62,092 nt of DNA, filler included, from Sphacelaria rigidula (GCA_964200075.2; 8 parts of 8 records of this genome joined end to end with filler, not necessarily neighbours in it), one strand, 5' to 3'. Counted from the first letter of the whole stretch, positions 37,170 through 50,748 are shown. The notes: a model not told the origin generated them from the sequence alone. A program made the numbers and translations.

Positions 37170-37970
37170 TAAAATTTTGACACGTCTCACGGGGTGCCAA
37201 GGGGAAAACAAGAAAGAAAACAGAAACTTACAGTGATTTGAAATTCTAGCACAAACTGAAAAATGACATAACACCGTGAAAAACAAAAAAAACGGCGGCA
37301 TCCACCATCACGAATTTTGTACTTGTGCACAGAACAACCTGGTGAAGTTTCGGTTTAAAAATCCCAAAATTGGGCCCGGCGTGGAAATTCTTGTGTGACA
37401 CCGCTGCGCCAGGGCGGTCCAACTGATACATGAGCCTCCAATTACAGAGGTCACGAGTCCGAATCCCGATGCGACCGTCTACCTGGCAATTTTTTTCCTT
37501 TCCAACTGCAAGAAAACGCGATCACCATCGGGGATTTGATCGAGGGAGAGCGTTGCAGCCCAGTCCCAGTCAGATACGTGAGCGTGTGCTCGTTATATGT
37601 GATAATCGGCTCGGAGATCCTCTCCCATGATGGAGCTGCTGACGAGCTTGCTGCCATCTCGCAGCATCGCCAGTGCACTCTCGACTGACTGTACGAGTCA
37701 AAGTTTTCACGCGTGATTTTGCCGCCTTTCTTGAAACAAGAATCAGAATATGCTCTCACGCCACGAAATAATACGCAACCGGTACTCAATACAGTACAAT
37801 AACATCATGGCGTAAACTGCGCCAATCGACCGGAGGCGGAGCCGTGCATTACCAGGTTGGTCTGCAGTTTACAGCGATACGCTTGAAAACGGGCTGATTC
37901 GAGAAACTTGAGAAGTTGTCGTGTGTTGTGCGCTTGTAGGTTGTACGGCTGGCCCAGCTCCTAGGCTGTG
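37170..37970 (+). repeat. Interspersed repeat related to 8590-9200
   Basis: Shared tRNA-like segment (ctccaattacagaggtcacgagtccgaatcc) and downstream block. Boundaries approximate. Confidence 0.55.
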
Positions 37971-38772
37971 CGTTTTCTTCGCACAAGGCTTGTTGTCGGC
38001 AACGAAAGCAGAAGGCAAGAATCACAAGCCTCCAGGCTCGTGCGAGTACACGATGCAGCTGTGTCGATTATGTTCCAAAGGTTCAACCACTTTAACTGCG
38101 CGGTCGTGCCTCTTGCCGATCTGAACCCAGGTTTGCCGTGCTTCTCGCGTGTTTTTTGTCGAAATTGTCGAGGGTTCTTGAGAAACATGTGCGTAGGTTA
38201 TTCGAGAAGTGATTCACGTCCTCGTTTGTGCGCCCCCTCGTGAATTTGACCGGGTTTCGCATCCGGGTCCTCGTCGCGTACTGATGATGGGCAATCGCCA
38301 CGCCGACAATACGGCGATAGGGGTATGGTGAGCTTTGCGGGCGGCGGAGACAACTCTCGAACGACCCAGGTACCGAAAACAACCACGTTTAAAAGTAAGT
38401 AGCTACACTTGAGAAGGCGAAATGTTAGCCCGACACGAACCTTTCTCACGCCTCTTTTGTGTGTAATCATCCTCGCGATTTGGTCAGTCCGATGTATCGG
38501 GTGCTACTTGTGCGTTTTCCGTCGATTTTTCCAAGACACGGTTTATTTCGCACATAGTCACCCTCTTGTAGCTTCTAATTATCGCGCAGTTTGGAACGTC
38601 GTTTTCTGTAGGGATGTTGCGTCTTGTCGCATTTATTTTAAGTACCCCCCCCGCCCCCCCTTGCCTGGTCCGGCGAAAACCCGGCGTGCTCCGTCCCGGC
38701 TTTGTAGGGGCGGACCCCCGGTACCGCTTTTTTTCGCGCGCTTGCCTTTTTTTGTGGGTACCATGATGGTAG

Positions 38773-38872
38773 NNNNNNNNNNNNNNNNNNNNNNNNNNNN
38801 NNNNNNNNNNNNNNNNTTAATTAATTAANNNNNNNNNNNNNNNNNNNNNNNNNNNNNNNNNNNNNNNNNNNN
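38773..38872. other. Artificial contig spacer
   Basis: 44 N + TTAATTAATTAA + 44 N. Confidence 0.98.
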
Positions 38873-39289
38873 GGCGTGCTCCGTCCCGGCTTTGAAGAGA
38901 TGCGAGGTCAATGTTCTATGACTATGGCATGCATGATCATGAGTACAGCGCCCCTTGTCTACTGGTGTACTACTAATACCACCCAGGCACGGTGATAAGT
39001 AGAGTTTGTCAATTTCACCCCACTCACCCTCCGCCCGTCCCCAGCTTCACGGAACCGGTCCGCAAGTCCACTAGTAATAATGACGCGAGTGAGAAAATGT
39101 ATGCTGACGTTTTCGGGCTAGGTGAGAAATGGGCCTAGTTTACTGACCCCGTGCTAAAATTTGAATCAAGGTTTCTCGCTTTTGTCGTTGAGAGCTTGTG
39201 GATGTGATGAGCAAATTAAGATTCGGTGAAGGACGGATCTTCTGAGGTTAGCCACATGCATTCTCTTTCTTTATTATGTATCCCTGTTT

Positions 39290-39500
39290 TGCTTCTATCG
39301 CGTTTTGTGAGTTTTAATCAAGGTCTATTTTGTTTTTTTTGTTTTTTGCTAGCCTGTGACCACGGAAGGCGTCCGCATCAGATGCCCGGTACGAATGTAC
39401 CGCGCAAATATCGGAGCGATTTTTACTGTGAAGACAAGAACAGCAACAACAACAACAACGACCTGGGAGGTCGGTTAAAGTGCGACAATCAATGAATCAG
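39290..39500 (+). mobile_element. Retroposon tail family A directly followed by a family B tail fragment
   Basis: tagcctgtgaccacggaaggcgtccgcatcagatgccc...(aac)n then cctgggaggtcggttaaagtgcgacaatcaat. Confidence 0.65.
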
Positions 39501-40106
39501 ATAAAAAAGACGGACTGCGAGAGTGTAAATGTTCATGATCCAATCTGGTGGCCATGATCCGATGCTGGATTATTAGTTTGTCAGGCAGGTACCGAGGAAG
39601 TGATGGGTTGGTGCTTTCATGCTACGTTCTCATGTCGAGGGGTGGGGATGGGGGTGCGGGTGTGAAGAGATCTGACGAAAAATAAGCAAATAAATGGAGG
39701 AAGGCAAGGGTCCAATCCCGATGGGCACCCACTCAAACACATGATGGTCTGATGATTCAGTTTGCCATGCTGTAGAAGCCATACATTCAATATCTTGTGT
39801 GGCATGCAATTTCTATTTTCGTGTTGTTGGCGCCTAATTTTCAAGAAAACAACAAGCTAATGCCATCTCGATTTTCGTCTGACTCTGTCGTGACAAGAGT
39901 TGCCAAGTATCTTGCGAGTATTGTCTGGCCATTTCTACGGTTCATATATAGTGTTGTCTTGAAGATAATTGACAAGCTAAAGAAATATGACTTGATTAGT
40001 GGTCATACTCTCTCGAACGGCTTGAGAATCTGAATGCTGCTACTGCACGACTACCCTGTGTGATTTTTCCCCCCTCCTTCGCCCCTCGGCCATCCGCTCC
40101 AAACAG

Positions 40107-43100
40107 GCGGGCACCGCAACTCGCGGCGCTGGCATCGGAGGTCGCGAGCAGCGCGAGCGCCATCTGACTCTAGAGGCCAAGGTCAGGTCGCAGGACTCGT
40201 CCATGCGATCTTTACGTGCGGATATCACCACGCTACGACGACGCCTCCGTACGCAAGCGGAATGCCTGGAGCGGCAGAAACTGGAGATGAAGGCGTTGAC
40301 TCAGGCTGCAGAACAGGTGGGGTGGCACGTATGTAGGTGACGGGGGCCGATTTACTTTGAAAGTAAGAATTGAAGCAACGGGAGATGTCTATACCAGCCA
40401 TCTCACGTGCCGATGTGACTTTTGTAGGTGCGGTGTACGCTGATAGAAGAGTCGGAATTGGCGATGAGCCTTGTAAGTGTCGTGGTCTGATGTTGCCGTT
40501 GCCGGCTTGTTGGGCAGGGTGTGTGTGCCTCAAGTATAGCAGCGTCAGAGACGACTCGATTGCCTGCATCCCGAGTGTACCTCTTTCGCAATATTATCAC
40601 GCATTTAATTCTCGTTTTCTTGGCCTGCTGTTCTTGTGTTCATGTCGCTTACTGCCTCTGCCTGGATTTTCGTGGGATCAGCTCCTGTGCAACAAGCAAT
40701 CCATCAAATCCATTCTCCAGCGTTGGCGACTTCTACTAGCGCGGTATCCTTATAGCTGAGTCCCAAGCTGCTTCTACGGGCTTGCTTTTTCCGGTCTCCT
40801 CGCCTCGACCTGTCGGGGGTTGCTCTGTCTTGATTTTCCCCGGCATGGGTACTAATTCCGAGCCGGGCGTCCGTGTCAGTTTTATCGTGTTTCCCTTGAG
40901 CGAATTTTCCCGTTCACCAGCCCAAGAGCAACACGTTCTCGTAACGACGGCTACAATCATCGCGGATCAATTGATGTGCGATGCCCGATCAACAATCTCC
41001 ACGTCCAAGTCTTGGGCCTTTTATGATAGTAGTGACACAAGCGGCAACAAGAGGGCCCGTGTCGATGCCCCATGATACTACCTGGTTCGATGCAGACGAG
41101 AGCCATGCCACGATGGGGGTTGCACTTTTTGTTTCTGGGTGTCGTTTTTGTAGGAGCCCAAATATATGGGGCTTACAGTGCAACCCAAATCTCCGGGGAC
41201 GGGACATGGAGATGCACAAAGGGGCCTTTTCGTGAATCGGCATCATTTTCAGTCTCTTTTGAGTGAAAATGATGCCGATTCTCAAAATGATTCGTGCAAC
41301 ACCCCGAGAAACATTTCATGGTTCGGACGAATCATCGCCGGTTCGAATAAGCAAATCCACGATTTCTTAGGCCTGACTGCTCGAAAGAGAGGAACAAAGT
41401 CGACCGCTGGTCAAGCAGGTCTGCACGCAACTTTGCGCCATTTCACGTGCCTGGGCTGCGCGTACCTGGATTGCAACGCTGAAAACAAAGCCTGAGGATT
41501 GATTCGTACCGTACGAATCACGTACACTGAAATCACTAATTTCCGCACGAATCATTCATTCGTCCGACTCTTTGAACATTTTCGCTCAAAAAGTGCAACC
41601 CTACTGTAGCATCACTCACGAGGGCAACATATATCTCCGCAGTAACCGTTCTCCCACCCAATTTTGTAGACTATTGTAAATCCCTCACCTCCGACTCCGG
41701 TGCCCCGAATCATCGCCTGCAGGTGGCGTGCGTTGAGGCAGAGGAAATTGCAAGGCTGGCGGTCGAGCTAGAACAGGCAGTAGGCGAAGCAAAAAGCGAG
41801 CGACAACGGCGGCGAACGGCGGAAGAACGTCTCGTGACCGCGCAGAAACGCCTGCTGGGGAAACCAACTCCTACCGCCGTGAATCACGCCGGCGTCCGAG
41901 GCCGTCGCCCTGCGACCACCGGCAGCGCTGTTCGTGATCCTACCCGTTCGCCCTCGCCTTCGTCAAGACGACCGTTGGCATCTGGGGATGTGCGTTCTCC
42001 GGGTCGCCGCGCAGACGTAGCTCCCACAGCCGAGCAGCAGCACACGAAAAAGACGGTGTGCGTCGCTGCACGGGGCCGCGCTGGGGTGCTGGTAGATGAC
42101 GATGAAGCCCGCGACGGCGGAGGCGGCGGTGGCGGGAGCATGGAGAACGATACACATGATCGAAGCGGTAAACGCGAGTCGAAGACCACTTTGCCAGCCA
42201 AGAGAGAAATGTCGAGCACAGTAGCGTCTAGAGGGCGATCATCAACGTCCCCCCGGAACAGGGACTCTGTCGGTGTTCGGGGTACTGTGAGGGATAGAGC
42301 TGGGACACCAACGCGGGATGATAGCCGTAGCAGCCGAGGCGCTGCCGGGCAAGAAATGGCGAGCACGATAGCGTCTAGGGGGCGATTGTCAACATCTCCA
42401 CGGAATAGGGACAGCGTCGGTGGGCGGGGTACTGTCCGCGGTAGATCTGGGACACCACCGGCAGAAAAAAGCCGTGGCGGAGGAGGGGCTGCGGGGAAAG
42501 AGCGGAGACGGCCGTGGGGGTCACCGCCACCGGAGCCAAAAATCCGCCGGGAAGGGTCCTTGGAACATACGTTCAAGCCCTCGGACAACGGCCGTCAGGT
42601 ACATGTCAGAGTAAGTGTGTCGCCAGAGCGGAGTGCTACTGTAGCGGCCACCTGTACCACTCCGAGACGTGAAGATGCCAACACGAGTCACTCTCCCGAG
42701 GAAAATGCAGACAGAAAGGGAGCAGTAGCTCGTCGGTTATCTTTGGGGTCCTCGACGGAGAAAGGGGGCGCTAGAGTTAGCGACAGCGCGCACAATCCAC
42801 CGCGGCGTGAGATTCCAAAGCCCAAGGCTGGTAGAAGGTTAAGCGCCGGCAAGATCCAGCCGGAGTTGAGCTCAGTGTTGACGAAAAAATCGGAAACCAG
42901 CGCGCGCGCCAGGCCGGGAGATACCGCCGCGGGTGGCAGTAAAGACGGGGGGGATGATCGCAGGATTTCATCGCATGAATTCAAGAACTACGTGGATCGG
43001 CGAGGTAGTGCCGGCGGCGTGAATGTTGCCACAGCTGTTCCTGAAGTCAGATCCGACGATGAACGTCCAGAGGAGGGGAATCATCAAGGCGGAAATTTTG

Positions 43101-43876
43101 GACCCGAAGAAGTTTCCAATCGTGTCCCCCAGAGAGGGGCCGATGAAGAAGTGGTAGTCGCTGGTGGTACCGGCGGCCAGCGCCGTGCGCTGTTCCAAGA
43201 CGAAGAGTTTCGGTGGGGGGCAGGCGAGGGCGATGACGGCGGCGGTAGTGGGTTGGACGCCCTCACATTGTCGACGATGTCGGCTGACCTCACGGAAACG
43301 GTCGCTCGCGAGCTGCGCCTAGCTGTGGCAACTTCGACTACCACCCCCGACACTGACGCTACTAACGCATCTGCTTTTGGCGGTGGTACGACATCGCAGG
43401 TCTTAGACGTGGGGTTTTCTAAGGATAGCTCTACGCTGTTGCCTTTGGCACCTCAGCGCAATGCCTGCTCGGGACAGAGGGAGGGGGCAGGAGCGCCATG
43501 GGAGCAACGAGAGTGTGATGGGGCCGGCAGCAGGAACAGTACTTCCAGCTGGCAAAGTGGTGGTGGGACTGTTGGGATCGGCGGTGACGTGGCGAGTCGA
43601 GACCATGCCGTGAATGGTGGTGACAGGAGAATGAGCCCTCGGGGTGGCGATACCCATTTGGATTGGCGTCATCGTCCTGATCATGGAGGGGCTTCCCGCA
43701 CTAGCCGAGAAGTGGCAGACCTCGAGAGTGATGTGCAAAATCTTTTCCAGTTTTTCGCCGGGCGAAGGGAGGCGGGGTTGGGCGGAGCGGGAGACGTGGC
43801 GGCATTAGCAGCTGAAGCGAGAGCGAGTGCGGCTATCGGTCAGGCGCTTGCGCTGTGGGGGTCTGCAGGGGATTAG
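40107..43876 (+). CDS. Hypothetical protein, last two exons: short coiled coil followed by a long S/R/G-rich disordered tail; 5' end missing
   Basis: Exon 40107-40181 (cag|GCG...AAG|gtcagg) joins in phase 0 to terminal exon 41723-43876 (ctgcag|GTG, 717 stop-free codons, TAG). The junction reads RERHLTLEAK|VACVEAEEIARLAVELEQAVGEAKSERQRRRTAEERL. The large exon is better supported than the small one. Confidence 0.75.
41105..41612. mobile_element. TIR element (MITE), same family as 48966-49465, carrying a second repeat at about 41310-41578
   Basis: Imperfect TIRs atgccacgatgggggttgcacttttt and aaaaagtgcaaccctactgtagcat; the internal block cccaaatatatggggcttac...aatcggcatcattttcagtc is an inverted homologue of 49050-49200. 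Confidence 0.7.
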
Positions 43877-45655
43877 CCGAATGGTCGTGGGCGTTGATGT
43901 CAAGAGGTTTACCCTTCACCCCTAGGGTGTTGTCGACGTTGGGACTAGGGTGTGGTAATTATGTGTACGGTAGGTACTGTAGTTGCGTGTGTGCTAGAGG
44001 TGCTCATGCTGTTTGCTTGTTTGTTTGACAACCTATTAGCCCTGTGTTGTTTACTAGGCCGGAAATGTGCAGCGTTGCGGCAAACCGACCGTGAAAAATA
44101 TGGCGCGTGCTTGGTTTTTGTTGCGCTGCTTATTTGGGCGTTCGATCCCCTTATGCCATGGGGACTTGGGGAGTAAACTGGTTTTCCCCCCTGTTCTTTG
44201 ATTTTTAAATTAAGTCGCGTCGTTTCCTCTGTTCACATTGAAAACGCCATGATTTCGGCAGTGTACGAGCGGCAGAAAGCGAAGAATCCTGCCCACCAAG
44301 CTATGGGAGTTGTCCAACCTCAACTTCGGTATCGTCAAAAAAATCTCGATGGCAGCGCCGGTGGCCTCTCGAACGAACTGGCTGGGGTATTTCCGCTACA
44401 GATCTCAACGCTCGCGAAAGCACGCACTGGGAAACGTCTCCCCGAGCGTGTTTCCGTCAATGAATACGGATTATTATGCAGTGACCTATGATGACGTGCC
44501 TGCATAGTAGCACGGTGTACAGAGTGGTGAAATACTATCGCGCATACCTGGGTGTATCTACGTGGAAAATGACGAGAAAAAGCACGTACTTAGCGGGCAC
44601 GCCAGTCCCGAACTGAGCCGAATCCTTTGTAACTCCGCGGTTACCCTTTACCATGTAGGAACCCATAGCTGTCCACCCCTTGATCGGCCGTGCCAGGAGT
44701 TACGGGCTCATGTCTGTAGTTGCCGCGAGTCCTTGGATCATGGTGTTTGTAGGCGTAAATGTTAGCTAGATGAGTTCGGGCGGTTACTAGGGTTTTTTTA
44801 TTATGACTACAACAAAATTTAATCAATGAGCGCAGCAGCGAGCAGGTCGTTGAGGGAGTGAGATGCGCGTGCGTTTTCCCCTCTGTCTTGAGTGATGTGT
44901 ACTGTGTATATTGGTGAATACGAAGTTGCATATACCTGTCAAGCGCGATCACCGCTGCTGCTGTTGTTGTACGCGTGCTTATTATGCGCTGAGAATCATG
45001 ACACGGCATGTGTGCAACAACCGCGTCCCCAACAATTTATGTAGGCGTTGTCTGTCCTCTTGTCACGGGATAAGAGGTGGCTAGTGGGCACCGGTATAAG
45101 CGCAATGAAACAAACCAGGATCCGAGTCCCCGTTTCGTGGGAGATGTTGGTGTTGTTGTTGGTGGAGGAGGTCACAGTAAAGCGAATTGCTTGTACGAAA
45201 AGCGTACGATCATTGCCCATACATGTGATGGTTATCTCCAATGACTGCTGGAGTTGAAAATTAAAAAACATTCTTGTCGTGAGAGTTCTCAATATTTTCG
45301 GCCAACTAATAGTACGACCCCTTCAGCACAGTTCTTCCATCTTTTATTTTTGTGATTGCTTTGAAAAAAGACGAACTCAAAAGTGACGCAACAACATTCC
45401 TAACGGTAGCGTCGAGAGACAGTACGTCGATAGCCGTGATTTTTTTGTGGTGAGAAGGGCAATGCAACATTCTGGGCCAAAATTACCCCGAAATGCCCAA
45501 CTTTGCTCGTGATTGAGGATGACACATCCCGATTTTCGCTTGACAAATCGAGATCTCCCTACTGAAACACCTCTCATTTGTGTATTAAGATCGACACATC
45601 ACGCAAACCACACCCACGCGTTCTTCGTGGATTGTGTATATTTTGTATGATGCGT

Positions 45656-45973
45656 ATTATGCATGACGTATTCGTGAGATTGAGAGTAGAGCGCTATTTG
45701 AGAGTGGCTTTGATCATTCGCTTTAACTTGGCCAATTTTTCATTCCGTTCGTGCTTCTCTTCGCCAATATCACTGGCGTGTGTTTACAACTACACGTCGA
45801 TATTCTACTTGGGGATATCAAGGGCCTCAGTGGCAAGTACTACAGAAAGCATATCGGACCTCGTGGAGGGACCTTTCGGAACTGAAACAATTTATTCACT
45901 AGTTGACCGCTTTTCACTCTCAATTGTATCGTCTACTCTCAATCTCACGAACACATTGTTACATGGCATAATA
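45656..45973. repeat. Inverted repeat element with about 55-bp arms
   Basis: ttcgtgagattgagagtaga...ttgagagtg versus cactctcaa...tctactctcaatctcacgaa; a third partial arm near 46060. Confidence 0.6.
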
Positions 45974-46209
45974 CATCTGCATCACACACACACGTCGCTC
46001 TTGCTCTGACGTCATCCTTACAACTTTTTGGCCTAGATAGTTTCGCTTGAAACACGTATGTCGTGAGATTGAGAATGGAGCGTTGATTGATGGTTTTATA
46101 GGTCGCCTTAACGTTACGCACGCGGCCATTTGGCAACCCCCCAAAATGCCTCAAACACGGGATCTTACAAATTGGGGATGGATCATGTATTGGGGATGGA
46201 AACCCGGAA

Positions 46210-46543
46210 GATTAAAATCTTCGTATCCGCACCAAATATTCGAAATATGGTTCCATTTCTTCACCTACTGGTAGCTTTTGACAACAACTGCTACGCGCCA
46301 TAGAAATTTGGATTTCGAACACCGAAATGTTGGGGTCCTGGGTGAAAAAACAGTTTTGTGGAATTCCGGGTGTCCGAGCGGACGCCGAATTGGTTCCGAA
46401 ATGTTTTTTTTCACCTACGACCCCAACATTTCGGTGATCAAAATCCAAATTTCTATGGCGTGTGGCAGTTGTCAATAGCTATCAGTAGGTGAAGAAATGG
46501 AACCATATTTCGAATATTTGGTGCGGATACGAAGATTTTAATC
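46210..46543. repeat. 334-bp rod-like foldback (palindromic MITE or hairpin RNA candidate)
   Basis: Outer 60 bp perfectly complementary, inner arms imperfect, centre ggtgtcc-gagc-ggacgcc. Confidence 0.85.
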
Positions 46544-46546
46544 CTC

Positions 46547-46646
46547 NNNNNNNNNNNNNNNNNNNNNNNNNNNNNNNNNNNNNNNNNNNNTTAATTAATT
46601 AANNNNNNNNNNNNNNNNNNNNNNNNNNNNNNNNNNNNNNNNNNNN
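46547..46646. other. Artificial contig spacer
   Basis: 44 N + TTAATTAATTAA + 44 N. Confidence 0.98.
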
Positions 46647-47619
46647 TTCTTCGTAGTTCGCGTGTAATGCAGCTTGAGCCGCCACTCTCCTCTACGCTTG
46701 TCGTGGACAAACTTAGGAACCGTGGTCTTCACCCACCGCATAGCGCCTGGCATACGCGAGGTCAGCAGCGAGCTCTTGCAGGGGAGACACTGCTGTGCTG
46801 CTGATGCTGCCGTTCGTGACTGTCACTTTCTACAATTGCGCCGCATTTTTTTTTCAGGAATTTCACGAAAATGACCGTTTCATGCCTCAATCGCGCCGCG
46901 CTATGACGCACTGTGATTGGTCGATGACTCTTCAAGTGCAGAACGTGCTCTATGCAGGATTTGGAGAGCTGTAGCTTCTAGGTGTGACTTCCCCGATTTC
47001 AGCGGTGGTTTCGGAATGACCTACAACGTAGCAGAAGCAGAGTTATGGCCGTCTGACGGATTGACAGCGTCTTGGCCGGCCCAGCTTGTATTCATGTAGA
47101 GACCACCACATAGGAGGGAAATCGTGTCCCTGAAGGAATCACCTTTTCACAGTTGGCGAAACCATGAGAAAACCCATAAGCTTCACCAACAGAAAGTCCA
47201 GCGTTCGAATACCAGCTCCTACCAAAAGCAACGAAACATTTTCGAGCGGGGGCACAAAGGTCTTGAGGATGGTGGGAGATCAGACAACTGGTGGGTGAGT
47301 TCGTGGCAGACTTCACAGACTCACGGGAAAATATATATGGAGTTTGTTGCTTTGAGGATCCAATACACGTAGAACGTATGTGAGAAATGATGAATGTCCT
47401 CACCGCTAGCCGGCGAGGACGGTTACTCTTTCAAGCCTCTTCTCGTAAAAAGAACGTACGACGAGGCTCATAGGGGGGGGGGAGGTGATGTGGGCACCAC
47501 CACATGAAAGGCAAAATTCGCGAGTCACCGTCGAGGAATCCCCTTTTCACATTCATTCCTATTCTTATTTTTTATTCATCTTTTATGATGTTAATATATA
47601 TATATATATATATATATAT

Positions 47620-47923
47620 TTCCTCACACTTTGAACCCCTCCCCTTCCTCGGGATGAGTCCGTGGTCTCGAGGGATCGACCCATCTCTCCCCCGGTACGC
47701 GCCTTTCATTTTGGTCTCGTGGATTGGATGATGACCATCAGCACTCCCGCACCGCGTCAACTCACGTCGCACAAACCCAGTAGACTACGTTGTTTACTCG
47801 CGTTCTCACGCTTTCCACGGTGGGAATCAGACATCACGAAGAAAAACCCCCACGCATCGGGAATCGAACCCCCGTCCTCTCCACCCTAATGGCGACAATC
47901 GGACCATTACAACACCGGGGCGC
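47620..47923 (-). mobile_element. tRNA-derived SINE family 2, best-preserved copy, flanked by (AT)n and (ATT/ATG)n tracts
   Basis: Reverse complement GCGCCCCGGTGTTGTAATGGT (A-box-like)...GGTTCGATTCCCG (B box); body shared with 9773-10095. Confidence 0.8.
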
Positions 47924-48965
47924 TTTATTATTATGATTATTATGATTACTATGATTATTATGATTATCATGATTATTTTGATCATTTTGTTTCGATGATG
48001 ATGTTGATTTTACTATTTTATCGTCATTCTTCTTCTTCTACTTTCCCTTCTCCCTCTCCTCCTTATCGTCGCCATTCTTATCATCATCATTCTTATCATT
48101 ATCATTCCTAGCTACTGATCGGGGCTTACTGTACAGGGATAACTTTTACCCGCGACAAATACGTTCGTGGGAACGACCTTTCTTACTCAGGGATTGTCTC
48201 TCCACCGAGAACCCCTACACGCAAGTATTCTGAATCCTCTCCGTATTCTGAATCCTCTCCGTATCCTGGATACTATCCCCCAAAACTCGGCCACATCGCG
48301 GTCAACTGAGGACCAATCAGGCACGAAAACAGTATAACTTTTAGTTCGTGCAAATATGTTTTTGTACACATTCAATAACACGCCCCTGCGAATATAGCTT
48401 GCTTTGCGCCGCGCTTCTACACCAGTCACGCTTCCGAACTCGTTCGATCCTGTGCGCTGTCTGTCGGGTGTGTCCAGGATTTTGTTCAATGAGGCGCCTT
48501 CGAGTCCATCCCCAACAGTGGTTCTTGGTATATCGGGCAAGCCGGAGAAAATGTGCAACCTCCAACTCGTTCAACAGGACAAGGTACGTACTGTGCCCTT
48601 TTAGGTTAGTGCTACGTTGCAATTTTCTTTTTTTTTTACTTGACGGAAGGAGGAAAAGCCAACCCAACACTTACCTCGCAAGCGAGTTTCGCAAGCGAGT
48701 TCGTGTGCCGAGTACCCTAAGGCTCGGCTAGACCACCTCGCGGTACAATAGTCAAGTGGGGAAGGCGCCTCGAGCGGTGGCTGAAGGCAGTGTGGGGGAT
48801 GCTCCCACTCAAACCTCTTATCAACTTGGGCACAGTACACGCACCGCACGGCTCTCACAAGCTTCTGCCCTAGGACGTTGCGAAGGTGTGTTGGGGTATG
48901 GTATTTCCGACATTTGCACATTTTGAAAAAATCGTACTCTAAGTACCCGAAACTGGGGTAGAGCG

Positions 48966-49465
48966 GAGCAATGCTACGGTAGGGGGTTGCACTTTTCAAG
49001 CGGAAACGTTCCTGGGGGGTGCTCGGGGTGTTCGTTGGACGGGTCATTCCGAGCATCGGCATCATTTTTGCTTGAAAAGGACTGAAAATTATGCCGATTC
49101 GCGAAAAGGCCCCCGCGTGCAAACACCATGTTTCTGGGAGTCCGGTCCCCGAAGGGTTGGGGATGAACAGTAAGCCCCAAATATTTGGGTTCCTACAAAA
49201 AAAAACACACACACACAAACAAGAAATGCAAGGGTAAGTCGAGTCGAGTATACTCAATTGCGGGGTATTTTGAAAGTCGTACTCGAGGTACACAAATTGG
49301 GGGTAGGTTTTCAGGGACCACTTTCCAGTTATATTTCGGGTATAACTCCCAACACTGTACCCTAATTTGAGTACCCCAAGTACGTCTTTCAAAATACCCC
49401 GCGATTGAGTACACTCTACTCGGCCTGCCCTTAAACAAAATGCAACCCCTACCGTAGCATTGCTC
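48966..49465. mobile_element. TIR element (MITE), 500 bp
   Basis: About 25-bp TIRs gagcaatgctacggtagggggttgca and tgcaacccctaccgtagcattgctc (1-nt indel). Confidence 0.75.
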
Positions 49466-49769
49466 AGGATTTGAGATCGTACTCAAGAATGCCCATATAT
49501 ATATATGTTGGGTAGGGTAATGCGATCGTATCTATCTTTTCCCAATATTTGGGTAGAGCTTGGAGACTCGACCCATCGCAAGACAAAATTCGAGAGAGTG
49601 AATACCCGGGTATTTACCCTACCCAACAAACCCTTGATCCGCTGAGAAGTGGCGTTTTCTTATGCCTCGCGCTCTCTTTTTACGTGTACGTGGGGAACAG
49701 AATGAGCTCATGAACGCTGCGGAAGACTTCGACTGTCCGCTGTTGCCGTCATGTTTTTGTGTTGTTTGG

Positions 49770-49890
49770 TTGGTTGGTTGATCGATTGAGCGATTGATTT
49801 AGTGCTTGATCGATTGATTGTCGCACTTTGAATGATTCACCGGAAGTCGTGATCCAGCCGTGGTCATTATCCACATGATGGACGTAGCTG
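49770..49890 (-). mobile_element. Retroposon 3' tail family B
   Basis: gattgattgtcgcactttgaa...gatccagccgtggtca...atgatggacgta. Confidence 0.6.
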
Positions 49891-50748
49891 AGATGAAAAA
49901 AAAACAGTTTGGAAACACACACTCGCTCAAGAAAAGTGAAGGGAAAAAGAGAAGAAAAGGTAGAACAAGTGAGGGTACAATATGTGAAAGAAGGAATACA
50001 AGAAGGAAAAACCAAAAAACAAAATAGCGTTGTGGACATTATCCACACGATAAGACGTACCCGAGATGGAACCAAATGGAAACCCTCGCTGAAGAAGAGT
50101 GGAGGGCACATGAGGGTAGAAGAGACACAGAGGAGACGACGAAAATAAAATCAAAGGGTAAAAATTAAACCAAAGACAAGACACGTGTGTGTGTGTTTTA
50201 TGTGTGTTTTCGTGATGGTGGTTATTTCATCTGAAAGCGTTCCGGCGAAGGAAGCCCATAGTTGATTACTCGTTTTTCCTCGCTCATTTTTCCGAGCTGG
50301 AACATAACAAAAGAGCGAACCGAAGGGTGATCACCTAGTATTCTCTCCACAAATGTGAAGTCAGGCAGAAGAGTGCTGTGTGATTGGGGAAGACTCTCCT
50401 CGACATGTAGACCGCTGCTCATGCACAGTAGAGATGCAGAAGAATTCGAGTAAGCAGGTGACGTTTCGAGACATGTTTTCGACGGTATTCTTGACGTCTG
50501 ATGAGCAGGAAATATCTATTGCATTCACCCCGTGTCTTGGAAGTGAGCCATCTCTTCTAGGAGAGGAGGCCAATAGCCCACTTGTGCGGCTCGCTTAGCT
50601 TCATGAATTTTTCAAACGGCCACCCGACGGAACACTGCACTAGCTGGGAATAGAGCACAGTGTGTGAAGACAATGTGGATGTTTTTGGCGGTATCACAAC
50701 GGACGCCACATCGTTCCATGTTGAATCTTCGGGTTTGGGACCACTGAC

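Noticed and set aside
41884..42588. Long antisense ORFs (234 aa here; 264 aa at 59820-60614)
   Set aside because: Shadow frames of GC-rich sense exons.
47153..47294. Plus-strand exon candidate in contig 7
   Set aside because: Plausible splice sites but two open frames, no recognisable product and no partner exons.
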